From an uncultured Planctomycetota bacterium (GTDB taxonomy: Bacteria; Planctomycetota; JAJSAM01; JAKLKS01), in assembly GCA_964370855.1 (NCBI GenBank), contig CAYJMF010000004.1, positions 25,258 to 89,257 of the forward strand: a DNA stretch of 64,000 nt, in the 5' to 3' direction. The notes under the pieces are model-generated. The model did not search any database. It was not told the DNA's origin and saw only the letters and a list, made by a program, of their open reading frames with translations. Below are positions 39,245-49,345 of the stretch, piece after piece. Positions within the stretch are counted from its first letter, which is position 1. The number at the start of each line of letters is the position of its first letter. The translations under genes and the position numbers were made by a program.

Positions 39245-40156
39245 ATGGACCGGTGGTACGTGCACTTTCCCGTGTCGGGGGTGGACGTCTGCCTCCTCCT
39301 TCCCCCGCTGGCGGCGTTCGCGATCTCCGCGGTGACGTCCATGGGAGGGGTGTCCGGCGCGGTCCTCCTCCTGCCCTTCCAGGTCAGCATCCTGGGGTTC
39401 ACGAGCCCCTCGGCCAGCGCCACCAACTTCGTCTACAACATCGTGGCCATCCCGGGAGGCCTCTGGTGCTACGCGAGGGAGCGGCGGATGGCGTGGCCGC
39501 TGGCGTGGATCATCGCCGCCGGCACGCTGCCGGGGGTGCTGATCGGCTTCCACGTCCGGGTCCGCTGCCTGCCCGACCCCCGTGCCTTCAAGCTGTTCGC
39601 GGGGTGCGCGCTCCTCTGCTTCGGGATGTGGCTGCTCCTCCGGAACGGCGGGAAGGCGGAGTCCGCCCGCGACGGCGGGCTCCCGGCGGGACTTCCTCCC
39701 GATGCCGTTGTGCGCACGGCCTCCTTCTCGCTCCGCCGCGCGGAGATCGAGTTCCGGGGTGAGCGGTTCCCGTTCAGCGTCCCGGGGGTGTTCGCCCTGG
39801 CGCTCGCGGTCGGTGTCTTCGGCGGGATCTACGGCGTCGGGGGCGGTGCGATCATCGCGCCCGTCTGCGTCGCCGCCTTCGGCCTCCCGATCCACGCGGT
39901 GGCGGGGGCGGCGCTGGCGGGAACGTTCCTCACCTCCGTCGCCGGGGTCGTCGTCTACGGCGCGATGCCCGTCGAACCCGGCATCGCGGTCCGCCCCGAC
40001 TGGCTCCTCGGCCTCCTGTTCGGCGCCGGCGGGCTCGCGGGGACGTACGCCGGGGCGCGGCTCCAGCGGTACGCCTCCCCCCGGTTCCTCCGGGCGATGC
40101 TGGGGCTGATCCTCCTCGGGACGGCCCTGCAGTACATCCACGGGTTCCTCCGTTGA
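39245..40156 (+). CDS. TauE/SafE (TSUP, DUF81) family permease, paralogue 2
   Basis: GIYGVGGGAIIAP motif. Polytopic. 303 aa. Confidence 0.75.
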   Translation: MDRWYVHFPVSGVDVCLLLPPLAAFAISAVTSMGGVSGAVLLLPFQVSILGFTSPSASATNFVYNIVAIPGGLWCYARERRMAWPLAWIIAAGTLPGVLIGFHVRVRCLPDPRAFKLFAGCALLCFGMWLLLRNGGKAESARDGGLPAGLPPDAVVRTASFSLRRAEIEFRGERFPFSVPGVFALALAVGVFGGIYGVGGGAIIAPVCVAAFGLPIHAVAGAALAGTFLTSVAGVVVYGAMPVEPGIAVRPDWLLGLLFGAGGLAGTYAGARLQRYASPRFLRAMLGLILLGTALQYIHGFLR

Positions 40157-40186
40157 ATCTCGCCGGAAGGGCCGTCGACCGGTATC

Positions 40187-40204
40187 CGTGATTTTTCTCA
40201 CAAT
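40187..40204. promoter_or_regulatory. conserved motif cGTGATTTTTCTCACAATt (GTGA-N6-TCAC) upstream of the RR/TauE/HK operon
   Basis: One of three copies of GTGATTT(T)CT(G/C)CACAAT in this window (also at 52044 and 59526). Confidence 0.45.
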
Positions 40205-40249
40205 TTCCTGACGGCCTTCCGTCGGCGGTGCTAGCATCGATGGTCGGCA

Positions 40250-40750
40250 GTGGTCCGGCCTCCAGCGGGTGCGGCATCCCATGCTCTTGCCGGTGTCGAG
40301 CCTTCGGTCCTCGACGGGATCGTGACGGACCCCGCCGTGCCCCCGGCCGCGCGCGTCCGCGTCCTTGTCATCGACGACGAGGCGGACTTCGCGACGGCGA
40401 CCGCCGAACGGCTGGTCCGCCGGGGCTTCCACGCGGTCCCCGTCTTCGACGGCCGCGCCGGCCTGGATCGGATCGCGGCCGGCCCCTTCGACGCGGTCCT
40501 GCTCGATCTCCGGATGCCGGGGATGGACGGTCTGGCGGTCCTCCGGGAGATCCGTCGCGTCGATCCCCACCTCCAGGTCGTGGTGCTGACCGGGCACGGA
40601 ACGGTGGCTTCCGGGATCGAGGGGATGCAGATCGGCGCCGCGGACTTCCTCCGGAAGCCCGCGGACTTCGATGGTCTGGTGACGGCGGTGCAGGCGGCCG
40701 CGGAGTCCACCCGCGCCCGCAGGGAGGCCGCCCGGGGAGGTGCCCGATGA
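40250..40750 (+). CDS. single-domain response regulator (CheY-like receiver)
   Basis: RVLVIDDEADF..LLDLRMPGMDG..DFLRKP. GTG start at 40250. True start uncertain. Confidence 0.75.
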   Translation: MVRPPAGAASHALAGVEPSVLDGIVTDPAVPPAARVRVLVIDDEADFATATAERLVRRGFHAVPVFDGRAGLDRIAAGPFDAVLLDLRMPGMDGLAVLREIRRVDPHLQVVVLTGHGTVASGIEGMQIGAADFLRKPADFDGLVTAVQAAAESTRARREAARGGAR

Positions 40751-41082
40751 GGAGGATCCCGTTCAGCGCCGTCCGCCGGAGGGCGCGCCGCTTCGCCCTT
40801 CCGCTCGCGGCGGCGGCGCTGGCGCTGGCGACGTGGTGCGCGGACGCCGCGGCCGCGGGGGGAGGAAAGCCCGCGTCGAAGCTCGTCAACGTCGCGGACA
40901 CGCGGTCCCTCGAGGCGGGCTTCTCGAGGTTCGTGGCGGACGTCTACAACGAGAGCTACTGGCTCTTCGCCCTCCTCGTGGTGGTCCTGATGGCGGGGCT
41001 CGGCCTCTTCCTGGGAATCGTGGCCGATCGCCTCTTCGCCCTCCTGGGGATCAACCTGGGGAGGATGTCGCACCACGAGTGA
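40747..41082 (+). CDS. small membrane protein (signal/TM), accessory to the TauE/SafE gene
   Basis: 112 aa. ATG overlaps the RR stop. Hydrophobic helix LFALLVVVLMAGLGLFLGIV. Confidence 0.45.
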   Translation: MRRIPFSAVRRRARRFALPLAAAALALATWCADAAAAGGGKPASKLVNVADTRSLEAGFSRFVADVYNESYWLFALLVVVLMAGLGLFLGIVADRLFALLGINLGRMSHHE

Positions 41083-41100
41083 CCGGGGGAGGCGGCGACC

Positions 41101-42147
41101 ATGGGATTCTTCGACATCTACCTGCCCATCGCGGGGCTGGAGTTCAACGTCCTCCTCCTCCTGCTCATCGGGTTCACGGTGGGGGTGTGCGGGGGGTTCT
41201 TCGGGATCGGCGGGGCCTGGATCGTCACCCCGGCGCTCAACATCTTCGGGTTCCCGATGCCCTACGCCATCGGGACCGACCTCGCCCACATGGGGGGCAA
41301 GTCCATCGTGTCCACGATGCGCCACGGGAAGTTCGGGAACGTGGACACCCGGCTGGGCGTGTCGATGATCCTGGGCACCACCCTGGGGATGGAGCTGGGG
41401 GCGAACCTCGTGCTGTACCTCGAGAGCATCGGCCTGGCGGAGACGCTGATCCGCAAGGCCTACATCGTGTTCCTGACCCTCATCGGCGGCTACGTGCTCT
41501 ACGACTACCTCACCCACACGATGCGCGCGCGACGGGCCGCGGCCGGGGGGCAACCGGTGCGGGAGGAGAACACCATCGCGCAGCGGCTCCAGAGGATCCG
41601 GATCCCGCCCATGGTCCATTTCAGGGCCTCCGGGGTCACCTGCTCGCTCTGGATCCCCGTCCTCGTCGGCCTGATGACCGGCGTCGTGGCGTCGGTCCTG
41701 GGGGTGGGAGGCGGGTTCATCCGCATGCCCGCGCTCGTCTACCTGATCGGGTGCCCCACGGTGGTGGCCGTGGGCACGGACCTCTTCGAGGTGATGATCA
41801 CCGGGGCCTACGGCGCGTTCACCTACGGACTCAAGGGCCGCGTGGACCTCGTCGCCGCGATGTGGATGCTGCTGGGCGCGGCCGTCGGGGCCCAGATGGG
41901 CACGGTCGCCGTGAAGTACGTGCGCGGCTACTCGATACGGCTGCTGTTCGCCATCACCATCTTCATCGCGTGCGCGTCGGTCCTGCTGAAGCAGCTCGAG
42001 ATGAACCTCCCCTCGGCGATCCTCATCCTCACCGCGGGCATCGTCATCAGCGGGGTGATCCTGGTGCTCCTCGTGAAGGGGATCGCGGCGGAACGGGCCG
42101 CCGCGAGGGGGACCGGCCGGGCCGGCGGGACGGGAGGCACGCCATGA
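41101..42147 (+). CDS. TauE/SafE (TSUP, DUF81) family permease, paralogue 3
   Basis: GIGGAWIVTP and GVGGGFIRMP motifs. 348 aa. Confidence 0.8.
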   Translation: MGFFDIYLPIAGLEFNVLLLLLIGFTVGVCGGFFGIGGAWIVTPALNIFGFPMPYAIGTDLAHMGGKSIVSTMRHGKFGNVDTRLGVSMILGTTLGMELGANLVLYLESIGLAETLIRKAYIVFLTLIGGYVLYDYLTHTMRARRAAAGGQPVREENTIAQRLQRIRIPPMVHFRASGVTCSLWIPVLVGLMTGVVASVLGVGGGFIRMPALVYLIGCPTVVAVGTDLFEVMITGAYGAFTYGLKGRVDLVAAMWMLLGAAVGAQMGTVAVKYVRGYSIRLLFAITIFIACASVLLKQLEMNLPSAILILTAGIVISGVILVLLVKGIAAERAAARGTGRAGGTGGTP

Positions 42148-42452
42148 GGAGGAAGGGGTGGACCCTCGCCGCGGCGGCGGTCGCGGCGCTCCTGCCGGGC
42201 TGCTGGCGGGGGCCCGCGGTCGTCCAGGGCACGGTCGTGAGCTTCGATCGGGAATCGAAGGTGGTGGTGGTCCTGGACGAGAGGGGCGGGGCCCGGTCCG
42301 CCTTCGACGTCTCGGGCGCGGAGATCGGGGCGGAGCCGGCCGAGGGGGACAGGGTGCGGCTGGCCTACAGGGAGGAGGAGGGGAAGCGGGTCGCCTCCCG
42401 GCTCATGAACCTCACCCGGCAGGCGGAGATCGGCAAGGGCTCCGGGCACTAG
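42144..42452 (+). CDS. small putative lipoprotein (LLPGC lipobox) coupled to the TauE/SafE gene
   Basis: 102 aa. ATG overlaps the TauE stop. Ends ..GKGSGH. Confidence 0.4.
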   Translation: MRRKGWTLAAAAVAALLPGCWRGPAVVQGTVVSFDRESKVVVVLDERGGARSAFDVSGAEIGAEPAEGDRVRLAYREEEGKRVASRLMNLTRQAEIGKGSGH

Positions 42453-42475
42453 CCCGGCGGACCGGGAGCGGACCC

Positions 42476-42880
42476 ATGGGCGGAGAGCCGGGCCGGGATC
42501 CCATCCGCGTCCTCCTCGTCGACGACGAGGAGACGTACCGCGAGACGCTGGCCAAGGTCCTCCGCCGCCGCGGCATGGACGTGACGACGGCCGGAAGCGG
42601 ATCCGACGCCGTCGAGCGGCTCCCCGGGGCCGTCCCCGAGGTCGTCGTCCTGGATCTCCGCATGCCGGGGCTCGACGGCCTGGACACGCTGAGGGAGATC
42701 CGGCGGCGGGAGCCCGCGGCGCGCGTCATCATCCTGACGGGCCACGGGACCCCGGAGGCGGGCCTCGCGGCGATCCGCGGGGAGGCCTGCGACTTCCTGC
42801 TCAAGCCCGTGGTCGTCGATCGCCTCGTGGAGGTCATCGAATCGGCGGCGGCCGAGGCCCGCCGATCGGGCGGCCGCTGA
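42476..42880 (+). CDS. single-domain response regulator (CheY-like receiver)
   Basis: RVLLVDDEE..VLDLRMPGLDG..DFLLKP. Confidence 0.8.
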   Translation: MGGEPGRDPIRVLLVDDEETYRETLAKVLRRRGMDVTTAGSGSDAVERLPGAVPEVVVLDLRMPGLDGLDTLREIRRREPAARVIILTGHGTPEAGLAAIRGEACDFLLKPVVVDRLVEVIESAAAEARRSGGR

Positions 42881-42884
42881 GGCC

Positions 42885-44549
42885 ATGGACCACCGGGACT
42901 ACGGCGCGCTGTTCCGGGGCACCGTCGGGAGGATGGTCCTCGTCTCGGTCGCCCCCATCCTCGCCGTGGGGGCGGTCGGCTTCCTCCAGTTCTCCCGGTA
43001 CAACCGCGCCATCGCCCTGGACCAGCACGCCGCCATCGTGCGCCAGCACCGCGAGTCCGTCGGGGCCTTCCTCGACGGACTGACCGCCCAGCTCACGACG
43101 CTCGCGCACCAGTACTCGCTCTCCGAACTCGCCGGGGGGGAGCTGGAGCGCGCGTTCCGCGTCATCCGGAGGAAGGAGGGGGTCTTCACGGACATCGGCG
43201 TCATCGACTCCCGGGGAGCCCACGTGAGGTACGTGGGGCCCTACGATCTCTCCTCCAGGAACTACCGGGAGACGGAGTGGTTCCGGCTGGTCGTGGAGAA
43301 GGGAGTGCACGTCAGCGACATGTTCCTGGGGTACCGGGGAGTGCCCCACTTCGTGATCGCGGTGCGGCGCGACGAGGGCCCGGACTTCTGGATACTCCGC
43401 GCGACGGTGGACACCGACTACTTCAGCCGGATGGTGGACGCCACCCGGGCGGGAAGGACCGGCGAGACGTTCATCGTCAACCCCGAGGGGCTGCTCCAGA
43501 CCGCGACCCTCCACGGGGGGAGGGTCCTGACCCCCTCCGGGCTCCCGGACATCGGGCCCCACGAGGGTGTCCGCGTCCGGGAAGTCGATTTCGACGGGCG
43601 GACCTTCACGTGCACCTCCACGTGGCTCGCCCGGCCGCGCTGGCTCCTGGTCTTCCGCCAGGAGAACACCGACCTGTACGCCCCTCTCCGGAGGGCCACG
43701 GCGTGGGGACTGGCGGCCGTGCTGGCCGGGGCCGCGGGGGGGGTGGGGCTGGCGGTCGTCGTGGCGCGGCGGCAGGTCGGGATGATCCGGAAGGCCGACG
43801 GGGAGAAGGAGGCGCTCGTGGGGAGGCTCCTCGTGGCGGGGAGGACCGCCGCCGTGGGCGAACTGTCCGCCGGGGTGGCCCACGGGATCAACAACCCGCT
43901 GGCGACCATCGACGTCCTGCGCACGTGGATCGCCGACATCGCCGGAGGAGGGCAGCCCGCCGGGTCGGACCGCGCCGAGATCCTGGAGTCGGCGGCCAGG
44001 ATCGGCGAGCAGGTGGCCCGCTGCAAGGCGATCACCGGGGGGCTGCTCTCCTTCTCGCGGCGCGTGGAGGCGAAGGCGGAGGCCGTCGATGTCGTCCCGC
44101 TCCTCCGGGAGCTGGCCGCCATGGCCTCGGCCAGGGCCGGGGTGGAGGGCGTCGCCCTCGTGCTGGAGCTGCAGCCGGCGCCTCCCGTCTTCGCCTCCTC
44201 CTCGCACCTCCAGCAGGTGTTCATGAACCTCGTGAACAACGCCATCGACGCCGCGGCCGGACGGCCCGGCGGGCGGGTCTCCCTCCGATCGGGGTCCGAG
44301 GCCGGAAGAGTGAGGATCGACGTCGTCGACAACGGGTGCGGGATCACCGGGGAGAACATGGCGAGGATCTTCGTGCCCTTCTTCACGACCAAGGCCGTGG
44401 GCAAGGGGACCGGGCTCGGGCTCGCCATCGCCCACGGCCTGGTCCGGAGCCTGGGGGGCGAGATCCGGGTGGAGAGCGAGGCGGGGGAGGGGGCGACCTT
44501 CACCGTGCTCCTCCCGCCGGCGGCGGGGTCCGCCGGCAGCCGCGCCTAG
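42885..44549 (+). CDS. sensor histidine kinase with extracytoplasmic Cache-like sensor domain
   Basis: Two TM segments flank a ~250-aa periplasmic region. H-box AGVAHGINNP. HATPase G-box. Paralogue of 47699..49345. Confidence 0.85.
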   Translation: MDHRDYGALFRGTVGRMVLVSVAPILAVGAVGFLQFSRYNRAIALDQHAAIVRQHRESVGAFLDGLTAQLTTLAHQYSLSELAGGELERAFRVIRRKEGVFTDIGVIDSRGAHVRYVGPYDLSSRNYRETEWFRLVVEKGVHVSDMFLGYRGVPHFVIAVRRDEGPDFWILRATVDTDYFSRMVDATRAGRTGETFIVNPEGLLQTATLHGGRVLTPSGLPDIGPHEGVRVREVDFDGRTFTCTSTWLARPRWLLVFRQENTDLYAPLRRATAWGLAAVLAGAAGGVGLAVVVARRQVGMIRKADGEKEALVGRLLVAGRTAAVGELSAGVAHGINNPLATIDVLRTWIADIAGGGQPAGSDRAEILESAARIGEQVARCKAITGGLLSFSRRVEAKAEAVDVVPLLRELAAMASARAGVEGVALVLELQPAPPVFASSSHLQQVFMNLVNNAIDAAAGRPGGRVSLRSGSEAGRVRIDVVDNGCGITGENMARIFVPFFTTKAVGKGTGLGLAIAHGLVRSLGGEIRVESEAGEGATFTVLLPPAAGSAGSRA

Positions 44550-44714
44550 AAGCGGTTTCACAGGCCCCCGCGGCCCCGCCGGGGGCGGCGGGGGGCCGTC
44601 TGCAGCGTCGGCCCTCCTCGCCTACCCTCCTGGGTATGTCTTCGTCGGGCCTCCTTGCATCCTGCCCCCCGGCGCCCCCGTCGCGACCACGGGGGCTTGT
44701 GAAACCGCTTCTAG
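44546..44714. repeat. 17-bp perfect inverted repeat (agaagcggtttcaca / tgtgaaaccgcttct) flanking a 132-bp GC-rich spacer between convergent genes
   Basis: ctagaagcggtttcacag at 44546-44563 and cttgtgaaaccgcttctag at 44696-44714. The inner GC hairpins may act as a bidirectional terminator. Confidence 0.5.
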
Positions 44715-47272
44715 AACCTCTCCATCTCCCCGGCCAGGAAGGCGCGGGCGAAGAAGCCGGGGCTGAGGTCGCTGTCCATCAGCATGTCGAGCTGCCGGGT
44801 GCAGAGGGTCAGGCGTCCGAGATCGGCCAGGCGCGGCAGGAGGTAGTCGCGGTCGTACTTCTCCAGCCCCGCGATCAGCAGGTCCCCGCGGGTGGCGACG
44901 GTGAACCCCCGGGCCTCGAGCACCCTGCGGACGAACTCGACCCGCCGCCTCCGGCGCGTCTCGTCGGCCGCACCGCCGTTGAAGCGGAAGTGGATGTAGT
45001 TCTTGTTGGTGCTCCTGCCGCAGTAGGCGTCCACGGTGGAGAAGTGCCACCCGGCCTTGGTGCTGAAGTTCATGTACCGGTCCGAGACGATGGCGAAGGA
45101 GGCGCGGCCGACCCCCAGGGACTCGTGCGGGGGGCCGGCCATCGACTCGCCCAGCACCGAGAGGAATCCGCTGGCCGAGACCGGCCGGGGCTGGGCCCGG
45201 CGCGCGCGGCGGTCGAGCAGGCCTTCCAGGAAGGCCCGCATCGGCGGGCTGGCCACCTCCTCCGTGGTGATCCTCCCGGACGCCCCGGCGCCTTCGACGA
45301 TCCCCCCGCCCACGTCGAAGACCCGCACCTCGATCGGCAGGTCCGCCTCCAGCGCCACCGAGTGCTCGCTGTCCGCCGCCGCGAGGTCCCCGAAGTGGAA
45401 CATCACCTCGTAGGCCTTCTCATGGACGTACCGCGCGAAGTCGTGCAGGGAGCGGCAGCCCCGGGGCGCGAACTCCGGCGCGGTGGGGTCCGTGAGGTTC
45501 AGCGGAACCACGAGGCGCGCGATGGGGCGCAGGGAGCGCAGCGCGGGGGAGTCCAGGAAGGGCGCCGGGCCGCGCTCCCGCGGCGGGCCGCCGGGCGCGG
45601 CGGGGAGGCCGGGGAGGGCCCCCCCGTGGACCGTGCGCCGCGTCGCGTCCACGGTGACCATCCCCCCGGGGGCGAGGGAGGTGGCGCCCTCCAGCCCCAC
45701 GATGGCGGGGACCCCGAACTCCCGGGCCAGGATCGCCATGTGGCCGGTGGGGGAACCCACGTCGGTCAGGATCGCGGCGCAGCGGCCCATCACCCTCGAG
45801 AAGAGCGGCGAGGAGTGCCGTGCGACCAGCACCCCGCCCTCCGGGAACCGGTCGAGGTCCTCCTCGGTCCGCACCAGGATCGCCGGCCCCGAGGCCGTAC
45901 CCGGGCAGGCCGACGCCCCGCCGGAGAGGAGCGCCGCGCCCTCCGGGGAGGGCCTTCCGGCGGATTCGGGAACCGGGCGCAGCGTCGCCATGGGGCGGGC
46001 CTGGAGGATCACGACGCGCCCGGACGGCTCGATGGCCCACTCCACGTCCTGGGGCGGGCCGAAGTGGGTCTCGATGGCGCGGCCCGCCGCGGCGAGCCGC
46101 AGGAGGTCCTCCGGGCCCGGGAGCCCGGACCGCGGGTCCCGGGAACCGTCCATGCGCCGTGCGGGGCCCCCGGGCGGAACCCGCCACAGGCAGGCGTCCT
46201 CGTCGCCCGAGGCCAGCCGATCCCCGCGTCCCTTCACGGCGCTGACCAGGACCTCGTCGCTCCCCGGATCCTCCGGGGGCCGCGAGAACAGGATCCCGCT
46301 CCACCGGGGCTCGATCATCCGCACGCACCCCACCGCCATCCTCCCCTCGTGGGCGGTCAGGCCCCTGTCGAAGCGGTAGGAGACCGGCCCCGGGGCGTAG
46401 GCGCTGGCGACCACGCGCCGGTATGCGTCCATGAGGCCCCCGCGATCCACGTCCAGCACCGTGAGGTACTGGCCCGCGTGGGAGGAGGCGCCGGAGTCCT
46501 CACCGACGGCGCTGCTCCGCACCGAGAACCTGGCCTCCGCCCCGCCCGCCATCCCGTCGACCGCCGCGAGGATCCCGTCGCGGATGTCCGGGGGCACGGG
46601 GGAGGCGAGGACGGCCTCCCGGACCTCGCGGCATGCCTCGGGCAGGGCCTCCGGCCCGTGGGCGTCCAGGATCCCTTCCAGCCTCTCGGCCCGGTCCCAC
46701 AGCTCGCCGTAGGTCATGAAGGTGGCGAAGGCGCTCACCGTGATCGCGAAGCCGTCCGGGACGGCGAGCCCGCAGGCCCTACCCACCTCGCCGAGGTTCG
46801 CCATCTTCACTCCCACGTTCTCGGCGTCCCGGGCACCCACCCCGGCGAGCCCGACGACGGGGGGGCCGACGAGGACGTCGGTCTGGCCCGCGAGCTCGTC
46901 CTCGATGGATGCGTTCAGGGACCGGAAGGCGTCGTAGAGGCCGGCGTGGGCCCCGCCGGAGATCTGGTCGAGGTCCTTCACCATCAGGAAGACGTCCATC
47001 GCGGCCTTGCGGACGCGCTGCCCGACGACCTCCATCGAGAAGGGGCGGCGGCCCGCGAGCCGGTCCTCGATGTCCACGATGAGCTCCAGGGTGGAGTCGT
47101 TGAGGACGAGGATCTCGCGGAACCTCTCGTACCGGAGGCGGAAGGCGGCGCTCCGCCGCGACCCGGTCCCCGAGACCCCCGCGCTCCGGCCGAAGGACCG
47201 CAGGGCCTCCCTGATCCGGGAGCCCAGCGTGCGGGGGGGCGGCGGCCGTCCGTCGGGAGGGGGCTGGAGCAT
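44711..47272 (-). CDS. PpsA-like PEP-utilising dikinase paralogue 3
   Basis: Motifs VGVKMANLGE, SVRSSAVGEDSG.SHAGQY, QDVEWA, GSPTGHMAILAREFGVPAIV. Confidence 0.8.
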   Translation of the reverse strand: MLQPPPDGRPPPPRTLGSRIREALRSFGRSAGVSGTGSRRSAAFRLRYERFREILVLNDSTLELIVDIEDRLAGRRPFSMEVVGQRVRKAAMDVFLMVKDLDQISGGAHAGLYDAFRSLNASIEDELAGQTDVLVGPPVVGLAGVGARDAENVGVKMANLGEVGRACGLAVPDGFAITVSAFATFMTYGELWDRAERLEGILDAHGPEALPEACREVREAVLASPVPPDIRDGILAAVDGMAGGAEARFSVRSSAVGEDSGASSHAGQYLTVLDVDRGGLMDAYRRVVASAYAPGPVSYRFDRGLTAHEGRMAVGCVRMIEPRWSGILFSRPPEDPGSDEVLVSAVKGRGDRLASGDEDACLWRVPPGGPARRMDGSRDPRSGLPGPEDLLRLAAAGRAIETHFGPPQDVEWAIEPSGRVVILQARPMATLRPVPESAGRPSPEGAALLSGGASACPGTASGPAILVRTEEDLDRFPEGGVLVARHSSPLFSRVMGRCAAILTDVGSPTGHMAILAREFGVPAIVGLEGATSLAPGGMVTVDATRRTVHGGALPGLPAAPGGPPRERGPAPFLDSPALRSLRPIARLVVPLNLTDPTAPEFAPRGCRSLHDFARYVHEKAYEVMFHFGDLAAADSEHSVALEADLPIEVRVFDVGGGIVEGAGASGRITTEEVASPPMRAFLEGLLDRRARRAQPRPVSASGFLSVLGESMAGPPHESLGVGRASFAIVSDRYMNFSTKAGWHFSTVDAYCGRSTNKNYIHFRFNGGAADETRRRRRVEFVRRVLEARGFTVATRGDLLIAGLEKYDRDYLLPRLADLGRLTLCTRQLDMLMDSDLSPGFFARAFLAGEMERF

Positions 47273-47287
47273 GGGGCTCGCCAGAGC

Positions 47288-47677
47288 CTACCGGGAGGAG
47301 GGCCGGGAGCGCCGGTTCGCGGCCGCTCGGCGGATGGTGCCGAGCAGCTCGTCCACCTGCACCGGCTTCAGGAGGTACTCGAAGGCGCCGAGTTCCATCC
47401 CCCGGACCCCCAGCTCCACGGAGGCGTGCCCGGTGAGGAGGATCACCTCGGTCTCCGGGAATCCGTTCCTCATGCGCCGCAGGAGGTCCAGGCCGTCCAT
47501 CCCCGGCATCTTCACGTCGACCACGGCGCAGTCGAAGTCGGTCCCGGAGAGCGCGGCGAGCGCCTCCACCCCGGACCGGGCCGTGGTGCAGTCCAACCCC
47601 CGCCTGCCCAGCAGGGTCGCCGTGGGCTCGAGGAACTCGACCTCGTCGTCCACCAGGAGCAGCTTCAGGTCCGCCAC
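47288..47677 (-). CDS. single-domain response regulator (CheY-like receiver)
   Basis: MADLKLLLVDDE..VVDVKMPGMDG..EYLLKP. 129 aa. Confidence 0.8.
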   Translation of the reverse strand: MADLKLLLVDDEVEFLEPTATLLGRRGLDCTTARSGVEALAALSGTDFDCAVVDVKMPGMDGLDLLRRMRNGFPETEVILLTGHASVELGVRGMELGAFEYLLKPVQVDELLGTIRRAAANRRSRPSSR

Positions 47678-47698
47678 TTCCCGCCTCCTCCCGCCCGG

Positions 47699-49345
47699 TC
47701 AGGCGTTCTCGGGCTCCAGGGGGAACCAGAGCGTGAACGTCGTCCCCCTGCCCGGCGCGCTCTCGACGCCGATGCGGCCGCCGAGGCCGTGCATGATCTC
47801 GCGGCACAGGGCCAGGCCGAGCCCGGAGTGGATTCCCGGCCCCGACTTGGTCGAGTAGAACGGTTCGAACACCCTCTGCAGATCCCCGGCGGGGATGCCG
47901 GGACCGTCGTCCGCCACCACCACCTCGACCCCGCCTCCCGCCGCCCGCACGGCGAGCCCGAGTTGGCCGTCCCGTCCCATGGCGTCCACGGCGTTGTTGA
48001 TCAGGTTCAGGAAGACCTGCTGCATCCGGGAGAGGCTCGACCGGAGGATCGGGACCCCGGGCCCGTAGTCCCGGACGATGCGGATGTCCGACGCCTGGAT
48101 CTCCCTCTCCACGAACCCGACCGTCTCCTCGAGGGCGGCGGCGACGTCCACGGGCTCGAGGTCCGGCCCCACCCGGCGGGAGAAGCCGAGGAGGCGGTGG
48201 GTCACCTTGCGGCCCCTCTCGACCTGGGCCTCGATCTTCCCCAGCCGGTCCCGGAACTCCCCGGCCCGCGGGAAGTCCGTGCCGTCGGCCAGGGCGTCCG
48301 CCAGCACGCCCACCTGGGCCTGGATGATGGCCAGGGGGTTGTTGATCTCGTGGGCCACGCCGGCGGCCAGCCGCCCGATGGCCGCCATCTTCTGGGACTG
48401 CGCCACCGACTCGTAGAGCGCAGCGCGCTCCGCCTGGAGGCCCCGGAGCTGCCGGAGGCGGTACCTCGCGACGAGGGCCGCGGACAGCGGGACCAGGCCG
48501 AGGCAGGCCAGGAGCCCCCAGAGGAGCGCGGGGTGGACGTCGGCGATGGAGTCCCCGGGCAGCGCCTGCCTGGCCACGAGCACCCATCGCTCCCCCCGGA
48601 GCCACGCGTTGGCGACGAGCTGGTCGTCCTGCCGGAGCATCCTCACGCCGGTGTGCACGGGGATCGGGCCGAGGTCCGCCTTCTCCATGAGGCGATGCGC
48701 GGGGGAGTAGCGGGTCTGGTACTCGCCGGCCCTGTTCAGGATGAACACGTCCGCCCCGGACTCGAGGCCGCCCTCGCGGACAAGGTCCGAGAGCCGGTCG
48801 GTGTCGATCGTAGCCCTCAGGATGAAGGCCCGGTCGCCGCTCCGCTTCGTCACCGCCATGACCATGTGCGGGAAGCGGCGGAACCCCAGGAACACGTCGC
48901 TCTCGTACCGTCCGCGAACCATTGCCTGGTGGAACCAGTCCTCGCCGCTGTAGTCCTGGTCCTCGAGGCTGTAGGGTCCCGCGTAGGCGATGTGGCGGCC
49001 GTCCCCCCCTATCAGGCCGAGATCGATGATGGCCCCCTGCCCCTGCCGCATCTGGTCGAGCAGGAACTGGATCACCACCGGGTTCGAGAGCTCCGCGACC
49101 GGCAGGGACGCGGCCACGAGGTCCAGGTCCCGCAGCTTCTCCTCGAGGAACAGCTCGATCGTCGCCCTGCGGTTCTTGACCATGGCCTCGAGGACGTTCC
49201 TCGCCCTGGCCTCCAGACCGGCCTGGTTGGCGGCGATCCCGGCGAGCCCCATGGCGGCGGTGGGCAGAAGTCCGAAGAGGAGGAGCACCCGGAACATCGA
49301 GCCCAGCAGCTTCCGGTAGGTGGTGGGCGCGGACTCAGCCTTCAT
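47699..49345 (-). CDS. sensor histidine kinase with extracytoplasmic Cache-like sensor domain
   Basis: H-box AGVAHEINNP. HATPase domain. Periplasmic domain homologous to the 42885..44549 kinase. Confidence 0.85.
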   Translation of the reverse strand: MKAESAPTTYRKLLGSMFRVLLLFGLLPTAAMGLAGIAANQAGLEARARNVLEAMVKNRRATIELFLEEKLRDLDLVAASLPVAELSNPVVIQFLLDQMRQGQGAIIDLGLIGGDGRHIAYAGPYSLEDQDYSGEDWFHQAMVRGRYESDVFLGFRRFPHMVMAVTKRSGDRAFILRATIDTDRLSDLVREGGLESGADVFILNRAGEYQTRYSPAHRLMEKADLGPIPVHTGVRMLRQDDQLVANAWLRGERWVLVARQALPGDSIADVHPALLWGLLACLGLVPLSAALVARYRLRQLRGLQAERAALYESVAQSQKMAAIGRLAAGVAHEINNPLAIIQAQVGVLADALADGTDFPRAGEFRDRLGKIEAQVERGRKVTHRLLGFSRRVGPDLEPVDVAAALEETVGFVEREIQASDIRIVRDYGPGVPILRSSLSRMQQVFLNLINNAVDAMGRDGQLGLAVRAAGGGVEVVVADDGPGIPAGDLQRVFEPFYSTKSGPGIHSGLGLALCREIMHGLGGRIGVESAPGRGTTFTLWFPLEPENA

